From Felis catus (taxonomy: Eukaryota), in assembly GCF_018350175.1 (NCBI RefSeq), contig NC_058368.1, positions 139,316,001 through 139,380,000 of the forward strand: DNA of 64,000 bases, in the 5' to 3' direction. Made by a program: the position numbers and the translations under genes. This document shows, piece by piece, positions 38,521 through 52,600 of the stretch (within the stretch, counting starts at the first letter, position 1; every line of letters starts with the position of its first letter). The notes beneath the pieces are model-generated. The model saw only the letters and a list, made by a program, of their open reading frames with translations, made no database searches and was not told where the DNA came from.

Positions 38521-38989
38521 ACATACATGTTTATACATCCAACTGCTCTCCCTCAAAGGACTGGACAGAGGGGGAACTTCTGTTCCCCAGTATCCAGAAC
38601 CCTCATGGTGGTACTCAGTCCAGCCTGGCTCCACTGCCCCCTCGACTGAGTCTGTTGGTCAAAGTCAACAAAAATTGTCATGCTACCAGATTCGGTGGAC
38701 ACATACCTGTCATTTCCTAATGGGCTACACTGAGCACTAATACTATTTGTGTTCTTTATTCCCTTCAATAAGCCTATGAGGTTTATTATCCCTATTACTC
38801 ATTCTTTATCCCCCCTATCAATATCCTCATTTTTCAGATTAGGAAACTGAGTCACAGAGGATAAATAGCTAGTATGTAGAGGAGCCAGGACTTTCAACTC
38901 TGGCCCAATTTCCGAGCTTACACTGTCAACCACAAGGCCAGCCGCCTCTCCAATCTCTTGGAGGAGAACCCTGTTGGTTCTAAACGTGT

Positions 38990-40030
38990 TTTGAATCCAT
39001 CCACACCTTTCCACTCCACCGTAGGCCAAGTTACCATCCACTCTTGCCTCTAAAGGAAATAACTTCCTCACTAGCCTCCCTCGAAAGTCCCTCTAATCCA
39101 TCCTCTGTACTGTTGCCAAAATGATCGTTTAAATACATAAATCAGACCACTCCTGCTCCCTCGTCCCACTCCCTACACTTAAAACCCTTCACTGGGAATT
39201 CTGTTGCACTTAGAATAAAATCAGAAATCCTTTCCGTGGATGGCCGCAAGGCCTAGCCAGTTCCTCTCCCTACCTTCCTCTCCAGCTTCATCCTATTCTG
39301 CTTTTCTTGCTCATTCTACTCTAAGCAACACTTGCCTTCTAAGTTTTGGTTAGCAAAACAGAGCCCTGCTTCCAGCTCCGCACTGACAGTGTGGAGCCTG
39401 CTTGGGATTCTTTCTCCCTTTGCCCCTCCCCCACATGCATGTACTCTCTCTCTCAAACTAAATAAATAAACTTAAAAAAAAAAAGTTTCTAGAACACTAG
39501 TCTCCTGCCTCGGGACCCCTGCACTTGCTGTCCCCATGTTCAGACAATTTTTCTCTGGATCCTGGGGTTACTGGCCCCCTTCTGTCCTTCAAGCTATTTT
39601 TAAAAAATGTTTGTTTATTTTTGAGAGAGAAAGAGAGTGAGCAGGGGGAGGGCAGAGAGAGAGGGGGAAACACAGAATCCAAAGCAGGCTCCAGGCTCCA
39701 AGCTCTGAACTGTCAGCACAGAGCCTGATGCAGGGCTTGAACCCACAAACCACGAGATCACAACCTGAGCCGAAGTTGAATGCTTAACCAACTAAGCCAC
39801 CCAGGCACCTCTGGCCTTCAAGCTAGAATAGAAATGTCCTTTCCTTGGGTTGTCTCTGATCACCCTTCTCCAGTCTTTCTCCTGACTATTGCACTCCTTG
39901 TTTTCTTCCAAGCACTTACCACAGCAGCAGTTACTTTGTTTGATTGTTTATGCCTGTCTCCCAGACAGACCTTGTTCCCGCTCTACCTCCAGCCCCTGGA
40001 ACATACCTAACTGGCACAGAATAGTTGCTT
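38990..40030. mobile_element. L2 remnant (further L2 pieces near 31550-31800, 51130-51900, 59000-59230)
   Basis: aataacttcctcactagcctccct...ccatcctctgtactgttgccaaaatgatc...cttaaaacccttcactgg...gcacttagaataaaatc. Confidence 0.6.
39360..39810. mobile_element. Partial plus-strand Can-SINE (39360-39484) and full minus-strand Can-SINE (39596-39810)
   Basis: SINEC consensus; TSD ccttcaagcta for the second copy. Confidence 0.85.
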
Positions 40031-40327
40031 GGTGGGACAAAGTCAGAAGACCCAAGTTCTAGTCTGGGCTGTGCCATCAAAAACTCAAGTCACCCTGGGA
40101 AGTCATTTAATCTTGGGTAAGTCTTTACTTCCCATGTGTTAAATGGAATAATGGTTTTCTATGCAGCAATGCGATCATGAAGGTCCTATGACACAGGCAA
40201 GTCAAAGGGCTACAGAGAGCAACTTTGGTATGCAAATGTTGGTTACCAGGACCTCTAAAAGAGGAATGGTTTCTTGGGAAAACCAGGAATGAGTCTGTAT
40301 GCTGTGGTTTAGTTTTATTTTTCTAAA

Positions 40328-40351
40328 ATTTTTTTTAATGTTTATCTATTT

Positions 40352-40399
<48 letters not shown>

Positions 40400-40571
40400 G
40401 AGAAAGCATGAGCAGGGGAGGGGCGGAGAGAGGGAGACACAGAATCCCATGCAGACTCCAGGCTCAGAGCTGTCAGCACAGAGCCTGACGTAGGGCTTGG
40501 ATTCACAGACCGTGAGATCAAGACCTGAGCCAAAGTTGGACACTTAACCGACTGAGCCACCCTAGGGCCCC
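40328..40571 (-). mobile_element. Can-SINE with long (GA)n
   Basis: TSD tagttttatttttctaaaa. Confidence 0.92.
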
Positions 40572-41734
40572 TAGTTTTATTTTTCTAAAACAGCACATGC
40601 ATTGCTTCCTTCATTCTGACATTCTAATTATTTTTTGTTTTTCACTCCCTGACAACGGTCTTTTTTGTCAATGTCTGGTATATATATTGTTCCTAAAGAC
40701 ATACACCTATCTTGGATCTTGAAAGACAGGAACATAGTTACTCTAGTTAATCGTTAGAGGTTTTAATTTTTTTTCCCCTCCACCTGCTCGTTATCTTTCG
40801 AAAGACTGATAACCAAAGAATTCCTTATCTTTTAGATGGTATTATGATATTTTTGTGCTTTTCCACTAGGATTTTTGGCAAATATTCAAACATTGCTGTA
40901 TTACATGCCTTCTGAAAAGTTTAGATTTCTGCATTAAAAATGTATGCAATTATTATTCATAAAAAAATAAAGATACCTAGGGAGACACACGTAGCCAGTT
41001 CTGCTCAGTCACGTTCAGCTAACCAGCTTCTGTAACTACGGATGGCAGAAGCTATACAATTTTCCCCTCCATTCAGTATGTTCAGGGGCAATGCTTCTCC
41101 AGACAGTACAAAGCTGCAGTGACCCGTTCGGGCGTCCCTGCTTGGCAAAGCCATCCCTAAGGACCACATCACAAGCAAAGCAGCTCTGAGGACTCTACAG
41201 CAGTGGGAGCGCACAACAGCCTCAACGAGGGCCTCTGCCAGTGCTCAAGGGCTCAGAGGGTTAACACGGTCTCGGTGCAGGAAAGTGGGACGCCCCTCAT
41301 CCAAAGGGGATGTGGTGGGGGTGCCGGCAGAACGTGGCACAACTGACAGCTTCCTCCACAGGCCCAGCGCTTGGCCTGCGAGTGCAAACAATGCGGTCAC
41401 CACCTTTGAGAGTAAAGGTCTGGATGAAAATGCTGGGCGTGAACATCAGTTTGTCAACCACCTCTTGATAATCCTTTCAACCAGTAACTTGAGCGGAGCC
41501 CCTTAGTTTCGGGGCGGGGGGGGGGGGGAAGAACGAGCAACCCACGTCAGGATGTATTTACCGGACGGTGGTCCCTCAAGGTCATCTGAAATCTGGACTG
41601 CAGCAATGGAGCGAAAGAAGTGCCGAATTCAGCCAGGTTTTTTATAGTCACAAAAACTGGGAGGTGGCCAACTTTGCTCTGGCTTCGTTGCCTTTGGTTC
41701 ACAGGACAAACATCAAAAGCTGGTTGTATATGGG

Positions 41735-41995
41735 TTTTTTTGCTTTGTTGTTGTTTTTGTTGTTGTTGTTGTTGTTGTTGTTTGAGGGAGAGAGAGTGAA
41801 AGGAGGGTAGGGGCAGAGGGAGAGGGAGAGAGAGAATCCTGAGCAGGCTCCACACTGTCAGCACAGAGCCCTGTTGGGCTCTATACCAAGATTCTGTGAA
41901 ATCATGACCTAAGCTGTAATCAAGAGTTGGACACTTAACTGAAGCAGCCACCCAGGCACCCGTTTTTGTTTTTGTTTTTATGTTTATTTATTTTT

Positions 41996-42026
<31 letters not shown>

Positions 42027-42191
42027 CACAAGCAGGGGAGGGGCAGAGAGAAGAGAGGGAGACACAGAAGCTGCAGCAGGCTCCAGGCTGTCAGGACAGA
42101 GCCTGATGCAGGGCTTAAACCCCCAAACCGTGAGCTCACGAGCTGAGCCCAAGTTGGACGCTTAACTGACTGAACCACCCAAGTGCCCCCC
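41735..42191 (-). mobile_element. Two head-to-tail Can-SINEs; the first has a (TTG)n-converted tail
   Basis: Two SINEC bodies at ~41735-41961 and ~41963-42191. Confidence 0.88.
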
Positions 42192-44276
42192 ATGTACCCC
42201 TGTGTGTGTATCTTATTGGGCAAAACCACAGGGCTAAGTCTTTAGCAGGAAATCTAAAGGGCCATAAATGATACTACTGAATGAAGTGTTTACTTTTTTA
42301 ACGGTTTGTGACCCTCATTATGTTGCAAAACATTAAGAGCTTTTTTTCTACAGGAAAACAAAAACAAAAAAGGAAAGGTGGATTTCAAAAATATCTATGC
42401 TCTTAAATTTTAGCTTGGATGGAAACAGCTTAAATGAAATGTTACTTCCTTTGCAGATACAAAAGATAACAAAAAAGAGGTTAATTGATGTACTTGAACT
42501 TTGCCTCTCAAGCTTTATAAACCCCAGTCTTACATTCTTTCTTAGATTCTCCTTCTCTTCTCTGCCTTCCACACTTAGCTGGACACAATACACAACAAAA
42601 ATATATTTAATATTCTAGATGTAAAATGTGGATTGAGTATATCTTGGCTTCTTTTTCTACAAAGAAGAAGAACTGAACTGAAAGACACCAGTGTCTTTTT
42701 TTTAACTGTATGTTTAGTGTGCTAGAAAGAGAAAAAAACTCTTTCCCCACCTAAGGTCTGCATGGTATATGATTCACCGCCCACCCCGAAATTTCTAGAA
42801 GCACTTATTTGCTATTGTACGGCTAACTTCATATTTTACACGGGCCAAAATGAATTCCTCAGAGGTAGCAGCAGAAGAGACACAGCTACGCTGATTTCCA
42901 TGTGTGCACTTGAAGTAGAATCTTTAATGTTCGTCACCACATCACAGAGGCGGCGTGGGGGTAAACAGATGTGGATGAAGAATATGGATGGCAGGGATGG
43001 CTTAAGGCCAGGCCACACTCTCTACGAATGGATTGGACACACTCAATTTCACATCTTCAGAAGAGCGCCTTTGTTTGCTGGGTTTTGGCGATGCGGTGGG
43101 GGGCTGAGCTGGAGACTTCAGTACACTTCTCTACTTCCACTAAAAAACTCAAGCCCAGCTACTCTGGCCTGACTCTACCATTCCGTAAGATCTGTGTTCT
43201 CGGTTTACAATGTACAGATTGCCCTGAGAGCTTGTGTGCCTATAGATGCCACAAAGTTAAGGCCCAGGAATTTACAATTAAGATAAACAGGTGGAACAAA
43301 GACAATCAGCAGCGCTCGAAAAACTTCTGCCCAAATAGGAATTTTCAAAGCAGGATTTCGTGGAAAGTGTCCCCAGAAAGTCAAATCTAGAAATTATTCC
43401 AGGAAGCTCTCCAGTTGGCATCTGCTACAAGGATGTATTCTAGCAATGGTTTTAATGAAGATAACAGGTCTCTCAATACGAAGGTTTAGATTTTGGATTA
43501 TTGTAATAAAGAAGTCGAAGACTTGAGTGAAAAACCACCTAAGCAAACTTACATGCCAACGGTACAGAATGCAAAAGTAAGAACCAGCCTCTTCAGATGT
43601 TCACGTGGATTATAATGTTACAATCATCAGAACAGTCGGGTGCTGGTACCAGAACAGACACAGATCAGGGAGCTGAAAGTCAGCAACAGACCCGGTACAT
43701 AAGGACTTCATCTATGGCTCTGATAGAGACGGCCGGTTGCTTTCCAACATCCATCCTCCCTTCCTTCTTTACCAAGCAAACCCCTACATTGTTGGCGGTA
43801 GAAATATACCCCTCTAAAAGCTTTTTTCTTCAGCCTCCACTGAAGAGGAACAGTCAATAACAGTATATTATACTGTGGGGTATCTGGGCAAGTTCTCTAA
43901 AGGAACCTGATTCAGGGGGAGGTACGCCATTTTGTCCTTTTTTTGTTTTTGTTTTAAATAAACAAAGAACGCACTTTTCTGCCTGGAAGTCCAACATGAC
44001 GGCTAGAGTTATAGTAGCCATGCTGGGACCATGAAGAGCAGGCTGAGAGAATATCAGCAACCACAGCCCAGAAAGCCTCAAACCCCTGACCCAGCCGCAG
44101 CAAACATCCACGCTGTATTCCTGTCATGTGAGAAAAATAAGCCCTCACATGTTTAAGCAACTTTGCAAAGATGCACTTTGGAAGATAAGCATTTGAAAAG
44201 GGGAATGTTTCATGCATATCAAGCAAGCTTCACACACAAGCAAGATTAAGCTTAAATGGAAATGAGGTTACAATAT

Positions 44277-44414
44277 GGGGGCGCCTGGGTGGCTCATTTG
44301 GTTAGGCATCCAACTCTTGGTTTCAGCTCAGGTCATGATCTCACGGTTTGTGAGTTCGAGCCCCGCGTAGGGCTCTGCGATGATGGCACGGAGCCTGGAG
44401 CCTGCTTGGAATTT

Positions 44415-44447
<33 letters not shown>

Positions 44448-44510
44448 GCCCCTCTGCCATTCTCTTATCAAAAATAAGTAAGTAAATACTAAAAAAATAA
44501 AAATATATAA
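44277..44510 (+). mobile_element. Can-SINE
   Basis: SINEC consensus; flanking aggttacaa repeat. Confidence 0.9.
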
Positions 44511-45769
44511 ACTAGGTTACAACGACTAGGTACAACTACTTGTCCAACAGTACAATCTGTATGTGGTCAAGGGTGAAATTCTAGGTCTCAGGCGGAGCAA
44601 ACTAGAGGCAGGTGGAGGCTTTAGGTAAACAGCTGAAGGAAAGTAGTCTCCACGATTGACCAGATTGCCTCTGATACTGGCACAAACCGTGCAGTCTGCA
44701 CACCATGCTTCAGGTACAACACAACACAGCTCTCGGCAAACCTCTACTTTGTATGGTTCTGGTCACCAGCAGGGGGAAGGCCACATAATCTCTCAAAGTC
44801 AACTTGGGCAGGCTGCCTTCTTGTGAGTTTATCTGTAACAAGCTTCTTACCTGTCAAGGAAGATAACAGCGCCACTTAGGGTGAAACATGCTGAGTAGTT
44901 CCGATCGCCCCCTCCCTCCCTGACCTGCCTGACCCCATTCCTCTCTTCCCTGCCACACTTGACCCCTCTGCATCATACCCTCCTGCTCTACCCCTCTATT
45001 TACAGCATAGCCGGTTTGGAACTTAAAGCCAGCAGTTCTGAATTTAAGTCCTGACTTCACTAAGAAGCTGTCACCAGTCTAGTCAGTCCCCTGCCTCCTT
45101 CCCTGTGAAAGAGGCCAAGGTGCTGACTCCCATGGGTACTGTGATGACTGACTGAGCTCCTGCGTGGGGTACATTCTGGCAGGAAAAGCAGACGGGCACA
45201 TAGGTTGCATGACAGTAAGGGGTCAAAAGCATTTAAGCAAGAGGAGCACCCAGTACCATAGTCCAGGGGCCGTTCTGCAGGCAGGGACTGGGCTCATCCT
45301 CAACGTGCCACACCGGCTCCTGCACCCAGACACCACCTCCAGGGGGCGACAGCCAGGGCTCTCCATTGGGCAGGATGGTGCAGAAGCCATAGCAAAGCCT
45401 TCCACATTCACCTGCTCCAGGGGAAATGAGGCCGTGCCCACTGTCGTAGTCCTACAACTTTTCTGTAGGCTTGAGATTTTTTTGAAAATAAAATTTGTTT
45501 TTTCTTTTTTTAAAGTGGGAATCAAGGGGGTAAACGGGAGTGCGCAGGACTGCAAGGCTTCCAAAGTCTCCGCCTCATACGGAGATGCAGGCAACGCATT
45601 TTTAGTAGCATGGTCTTAAACATCTCAGTAAGTCTGGGGTCACTGCTGTCGTCCTTCTGTAAGTACGTGTTCCAAGTATGACCTGGTTCGCTACTTTGTT
45701 ATGAAAATATCTTCTCTCTTGTTCCGTATTTACGAACTAGTCGATGATCATAAAAATATTCTTTCTTCT

Positions 45770-46440
45770 ATTATTTATTGTGGTTAAAATATACTTGATA
45801 TAAATTTTACCATTTTAATCATCAGTGCTAAGAAGTCTCTGCTTCCTAGTTTATCCTAGAAAAGCCATTCCATAAATGATGGAGACATCGTGGGTGGATG
45901 AGGGTGTGGACAAATGGTGGATGGATGGGTGGATGGATGGATGGAGAGGTAGAGGGACATGGATGGATCAATGGTTACAATTTTAACCATTTTTAAGTTC
46001 TGTAGCATCAAATATATTCACATGGTTGTACAACCATCACCACCGGCATCCACAGAATTTTTTCCTCTTCCCCAGTGGGAACTTTGTATCTGTTAAACAC
46101 TAACTCCTGATTCCCCCCCACTTCTGCAGTTCCTGGAAGCTACCCCCCTACTTTCTCTTTTTATGAATTTGATTCCTCTGGGAACCTCGTAGGAAAGGAA
46201 TCACAGCCTCTGTCCTTATTTTACTTATCATCATGTCTTCCAAGTTCATTTGTACTGCAGCATCCATCTGAAGTTCCTTCCTTTGAAGGCTGAATGATAT
46301 TCTGTTGTACGTATACACCATGCTTTGTTTAGCTATTTGTTGGTGGATGCTTCAATCTTTTGACTATTATGAATAATGCTGCTACAGACGTGGGTGTACA
46401 AATATCTGTTCATGTCCCTGCTTTCACCTCTTTTGTACAC
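45770..46440 (-). mobile_element. Old L1MB-type 3' end fragment
   Basis: ttattgtggttaaaatatac, ttttaaccatttttaag, tgtacaaccatcacca, aaggctgaatgatattc, tatgaataatgctgcta. Interrupted by a (TGGA)n tract at ~45915-45970. Confidence 0.7.
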
Positions 46441-47741
46441 ACCTTCATGCTTGTATATCCTACTTCCATCCCCCTTCAACTGCTTGCCTGTCCATCCAGC
46501 AAACAGTCTACTGTGTGCCCACCCTGTGCCAGGGAGGCGCTATGTTAGATTCTGGAGAGATAATAGAAACTGTCCTGCCTGGAGGGATCCAGAGAGAAAT
46601 AAATAGCGAGGTCCCAAGAAATCCCAAGTTACTTTGGTACCTCTGAATTTTATTGTATAATCTCTCAGAATTATAATCACCAGGTGGCATGTAGAAATGA
46701 TTTTTATTCAGGGAGTTTCCTGGCACAGGAAGGATCCTTTTAAGGATCTCTTCTCTGGTTCCACATCCCCTTCCTTCAGCTCCATGACCTCCGTGTTATT
46801 CCATTAGTACTTTTTCACGATCTAGTCTTTGGAACTTAATTTGTGTTTGCCTTGAGCGTCACTCCACTTCCGTCTCCTGACCCCTCGGATACTATGTCCA
46901 ACTCTGTCTGCCCGAGAGTATGGCAGGGTGCTTGCTGGGATGGCTGCAGGAAGAAAGAACCTGGTGGAAGAGGGTGGAAGAGAGAGAGCCCCTCCTTGCT
47001 GCACCCAGGCGTTACGTGGGGGTGTGGAGAAAGGACACGACAATGCAAATATTCCAAATATGCCACCATGATGCAGAGGAGCAGAAGGAAGAGAGAAGGA
47101 AGGCTGGCCGGCACAGGAGCTACGTTAGGCTTTGCTCTTCCTGGTCCTGGGCACAAGTGGCCACCCTCTGCTGCAGTCTGAATGAGCTGCTGTCACTGGC
47201 TGTCTGGATCTGGAAAACGACCAGGAGAAATACCACGGTTTGCAGAACTTTTAGAAACAGGTCCAACCTATCCAAGAGCAGACAGGCTGACTGTCTGAGC
47301 CTGAACACAGACAGGAAACTCTCCTCCAAAGGGACCACCTCACCTGTTTGCCCCTTAACTAGATGAGGAAAGCAACAGAAGGGACTGGGGAAGGAAGAAA
47401 AGCAATCAAAGAGCTAGAAGTCCAGAGTATTCAGAGAGATTACCTTGAGGTTATCACCAGGCACTTTTGTTTTGCTTGCCACAGCAAGCGAGCACATCAC
47501 CTCAAAAGGCGTTTGGTAGCATCTTGGATGGGAAAGCAGGCTTGAATTTTATGGACATCTTTGCATTTTGGTTTAAAGCTAGTCTTTCAGGGCCCGGGGA
47601 AAGTACGTGGGAGAGGGCTTGGGTAGGACTGGATACGGCTCATGAATGATAGCACAGTGTTGGATGCCAGGCACTCTTTCATGCTCTAGCAACCATGGCT
47701 AAAAGCATTCTTGTCATAGAGCTGTTCTGCTTTTTACATTC

Positions 47742-47969
47742 TTTTTTTTTAATTGTTTTTTAATGTTTATATTATTTATTTTTGAGAGAGAGAGAGAGAG
47801 AGAGAGCAGGGGAGGGGCAGAGAGAGAGGGGGAGACATAGAATCTGAAGCAGGCTCCAGGCTCTAAACTGCCAGCACAGAGCCCAACGTGGGGCTCAAAC
47901 TCGTGAACGGCAAGATCGTGACCTGAGCCGAAGTCAGACGCCCAACCGACTGAGCCACCCGGGGGCACC
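47742..47969 (-). mobile_element. Can-SINE
   Basis: TSD ctgctttttacattctt. Confidence 0.92.
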
Positions 47970-48582
47970 TGCTTTTTACATTCTTAAACTTTGTGCAATT
48001 AAAGTATTTAATTATATTCCTTTAAAAGCCATACATGGACAAAATTCTACATTAAAAAAATTTTAAATAACCTGAATCTCTTCGCTAAAATGTAAGCTTT
48101 AGCACAAAACCCTCTTCAAGTCTAGAGCTTAGTGGTGGTTGTGAGGGGTGGGGTGAAGGAGAGGGAAATGACAAGGCACAATTATTGCTTCCTATTATTT
48201 TGAAATATCTGAATCCATCCTAATCTGACCATAAAGAAGCTGAAATTTACCTCTGTGTCACTTACAGAAAACCCCCTAAGCTGACAGTATAAACCAATCA
48301 GGACAACAAGAACAGTCATGGAGCTCCTGACCTTAAGCTGCCAGTGACTATAAGGGGTGCGGGGTAGGGGGACACGGAGGCTGGAGTCAGAGAAGATGGT
48401 CCTCTCGTCCTCTCCCTCTCTCGGAGCAACCGCATGGGGACGCTTCAGAGCAGCTGTAATTTAAACCAAACAACGATGGGCTGACGACAATTCTTCTGAT
48501 GTCAGCCCCACAAGGACTGCAAAAGATGCCAAGTTTTTAAGCCTCATTAACCGTGAGGAAGGCCTCTACCAAAGCTACTCAC

Positions 48583-48796
48583 ATTGTTATTAATTCCTCT
48601 GGCCAGGACATCAGCAGCCAGATCAGCAGAGGACATGAAGGTTTATACGAAAGAGGACAGAAGGAGGATCCAAACAGATTTGGACAGGCTTGAATCCAGT
48701 AAGATGCAATCTAACGTCAGTACCAAGACCAGCGCTTAGGTCCAAGAAATTAACTGCACTCACAGCAGATGGAGAAATGGGGTTTAACAGGAGCAT
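48583..48796 (-). other. GCNT4: Candidate non-coding 5' UTR exon (214 nt)
   Basis: Acceptor ctgttctctccAG at 48798-48797 and donor acaat|GTGAGT at 48582-48577, in non-repetitive sequence. Prediction from splice motifs only. Confidence 0.3.
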
Positions 48797-49425
48797 CTGG
48801 AGAGAACAGTTCAGGGTTTGGCGGACTGTATGTCTGGGGGGAGTAACAGTTTGTTGGGGATGAGACTGCCAAAAGATGTTTTTTTTTAAAGGCAGCAGAT
48901 GCAAACCAAAACCCAAATCAGTGTGGTTCTGGGAAGCATGAGAACCACAGGGCTGCACAACCTGAGAGCTTAGAGGGCCCTCAGGAAGCATCTTCCCCGG
49001 GGTTAGACCCTGGGGCGGAGGAAGGGATGGGTTTGTGTCTGGGTACAACCCCCCACAAGGACACTGACCAGCAGAAGTTAAGCAGAACAGTGAGAAGCTC
49101 GTGAACACAAGAGGGAAACGGAAGGTCGAGACTGAAGAAACACAAATTCAAGAAGAATGAAAGCTGGCTCCAAATATTGAAACACAGGGTGCTGGGCCCC
49201 ATCCCCAGAGGTTCCCATTCAGCAGATCCGGGTGGTCTCGGAATTTGCATTTCTAAGTTCCCAGGGGAGGCTGACGTGGCTGGTCCAGGGACCATACTCT
49301 GAGAAACAAAATTGTAATTCAGAAAAAAACCTGTATGTATTTCTGAGATTTTACTAAGATGCAATGGCCATTCCCCAGCAAGTCCAAATTAGGGATAATG
49401 TATTGGTTTTAAAACCCCACATATT

Positions 49426-49631
49426 GGGGCACCTGCGTGGCTCAGTCAGGTAAGTGTCTGACTTCAGCTCAGGTCATGAGCTCATGGTTCATGAGTTCGA
49501 GCCCCACGTCGGGCTCTGTGCTGACAGCTCAGAGCCTGGAGCCTGCTTCAGATTCTGTGTCTCCCTCTCTCTCTGCCCCACCCCTGCTCACCATCTGTTT
49601 GTCTCTCAAAAATAAATAAACATTAAAAAAA
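49426..49631 (+). mobile_element. Can-SINE
   Basis: SINEC consensus. Confidence 0.9.
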
Positions 49632-52600
49632 CACACATTTATTTTTAAGATTGTGCTCTTTTTAAAATTTTATGTTGCTGAACAGAAGTTTCACCTTTAC
49701 TTCTGACCCTTAGCATTTCTTATTAGTTCAGCTTCATAGAGCAAAATTCTGTCTCTCTCTCTCTCTGCTTCATTTCTTGCATTTTACGTAGTGGGCAGTC
49801 TCCTTCTGGTATTCTTCCATGCATCCTGTCCTGATGTATTATATTCGGCGGGTCAAGCCTCATTACATATTAAAATGTGACCTGCTTTCATCAAATGGTA
49901 TCTGGCTTCCCACATCTGCTAAAATAGTAAATACTGATCTAGTCCTTTCCCCCTAAAAGCCCACACTGAGCCCACCATGCCCAGGGGCCCATTAGATTTC
50001 AAACCAGCTGCATTCAATTCCTGATTAATTTTTATTTGATCTTATATACTTGAAGCTTTAGCCTTTCGATCCCAGTAGGAAAATTACCAGCATATGGAAT
50101 GCATATACAATGACATGCAAAGCAATGCAAATTAATACAAAACATACACTTCTAAATTGCTTGGGAAAAGTCTGTAAGCTTTGACATTGATATTATCTGC
50201 TTTGCTTCTCTACAGTCTGGCGAGCAGTGACCAGATTCTTTTATTACAGTTAATTTTATATGGCACCTAGCACCTGACACTGGTTAGCCTGTTAAATGGA
50301 AGGCGCCCCTGTCCGGGAGTCAGGCAAACGGGATCCTAGCCTGAACGTGGCCACTGTTCGGTTCTATGGCCTTGTACAAGTTCTCCCAATTCTCTGGTTC
50401 TCAGATCCTACATCTGGAAGTCATGAGGTGACATCATCCTAAAACCGCCAGCACTAAGGCTTACAGGCCGGCACAATGCACACATCGTGTACACGTTGTG
50501 CGTGCGGGATGCACACGTGCAATCCTCACCACAGCCCATGAGAAGGTACGATCAAGCGTGCGCCCCGTCCATGTGGTGTCACTTCAGAGGCCAGGAAACT
50601 CTCATGGGTAAGCAAGGGAGCGGCACAGCCAGAACTGGCCTCAGCAGTATCGCTCCAGGGGCCACTCAGTGGAGCTGCTGCTCTGTTGCCCCATTTCCAG
50701 CTGTGTTACTACGAAACATTAAGTTTGCATGATTCACGAAGTCAAAGTTCACATCTCACAGTCACATGTGCTTCAAAGTACTGTTTCTGTGAGATGCTGA
50801 GAGTTACGGGAGTTCGATGTCAAAATGCCAGCCCAATCAGACTGTATTCACCTGAAGGGACTCCATACCTTCGTTCCATCCCTTTCATGTATTGTGTGTG
50901 AAGCTCCGTCATCTCACAAAAGCCATCCCCCTTTCCCTCCTCTCACCTGAGGAGTGGCTTCCAGGGAGGCAAGCGTGGAGGCCACTGCCAGTCCTCAGCC
51001 CGCAGCGCGCCCCGCAGACCTCGCTCCCATGTGTGAGACGCGCCCCCCTGGCTCTCACCTCTCCCCATGAAGGCAGGGGCTCTGTCCCAGGTCCACACCC
51101 CTGCCCCGGCCACCCCAAACGTTAAATAGTGCCCCAGCACAGGTGACGCCTACTCCACTGGAGCATCAGCCAGGGTCTCAGACTCAACCAACCGAACGTA
51201 TCTTTCCTCCAAAACCTGCCCCTCCTCTAATGTTCCCTTTTTTATGAATGGCAGCAACATCTGCCACAACCTGGAGAGAGTCGCCCTGCCCTCTCCACAC
51301 AAAAGTCGTCACCAAGTCGCTCCAGAGTCTGCCTTGAATGCAAGCACTTGCTGCCACGGCCTCAGCCCAGCCCAGCCCCCCAGGCCTCTCAGACCCTTGG
51401 AACAGCCCTGTTTACCTTCCCGGTACCTCAGATCCATTCTCACACAGCAAACCTAGTCTTGTTTTGTTTTGAATGCAACTCTCACCAGGACACTCTCAGG
51501 TGTGAAACTGTCCAGAGGATTAATTCCACAAAAGGGCCCCAAGGCCTGGCATCATGTAGCCCTGGCACCTGCTCACCTCACCTGTGCCACTCTCTCTTCA
51601 CATCAAACTGGACCTCTCCATTCCACAAACCCTCTGCTAGTCCTTCTGTCTCAGGGCACGCTGCTCCCTGGGCAGGGAGAGTGCTCCTTTCCCCCTTCTC
51701 TTCCGTGCACTTAGTGGACACCACTCCCACTCATCCATGAGGCCCACCTTAAATCTCCCCCAGAAGGCCACCTGCCTCTTTCCCAGACTCAGCACATCTG
51801 CCCCCTTCCCTCCCCCCCACCCCCCCCTCCCCCCAGCACACGGCACTGGCCAGACCCACAGTAAGGTCTCAACAAATTTAGATTGATGAATTGACTTTTC
51901 AACCCGGCATCACACAATCCCATTCTCGTGCCGCCTTCTTCCACTTCCCAGCCTAAGAAGGAAATCCTTTCTTTGAAGGAGACACAGTTTACTTCTGGTA
52001 GGGGCCCTAAGATAAGCCCCAGGCTACCAACCAAACTAGCAGCTGCAGTATTCAGTGATTTTCAAGGGAGAAAACAGAAGCTGGGCACAGTCACGTACAT
52101 TCCCTACTTCCTCACCCCCCACCCCCCACCCCCCACTGCAGCCATGATCTGCATTCATCCAAAGTCACATTGACAACTATTTACTGCCTGCCTATCTTGA
52201 GGGTACTTACTTGGCATGGTGCGATCAAGTGCCGACTTTGACTTATTCCCCAATTATGCCATTCACTCCTACCTACCACCGTGCTGATAACTGTGGCATT
52301 TAGCAAATCACTTTCGAATGAGTTAACTCTGGAATGAGTACAAGCAATAAACAGGAAGGAACCCTGCTCCTCATCTCCCCCTCCCCCAAATTCTTCTATC
52401 AGCTTTCCGAACTCCGGACCACACAACCAAATTCTTTGGCTATTGTTTCTCTGCTAATAAAAGAGGTAATTCAACAGCATCTTAATCGGTCATTTCTCAG
52501 ACAGTATTGGATCCTTGGAAAGTGCAGCACAGAAATGTTCCCTGCCATCATTCATTTATTTTTAAAGATTTTACTTCCTCAAGACACTATCAACGAAGGC

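Noticed and set aside
47444..48453. Other donor/acceptor-like motifs (aag|gtaatc near 47443, tct|gtaagt near 48265, ttacag near 48454)
   Set aside because: They cannot be distinguished from chance splice-like motifs without transcript data.
52204..52230. tacttacttggca resembles the U1 snRNA 5' end
   Set aside because: Similarity stops after ~13 nt. It is better read as a minus-strand donor-like CAA|GTAAGT (possible exon 52329-52211, unsupported).
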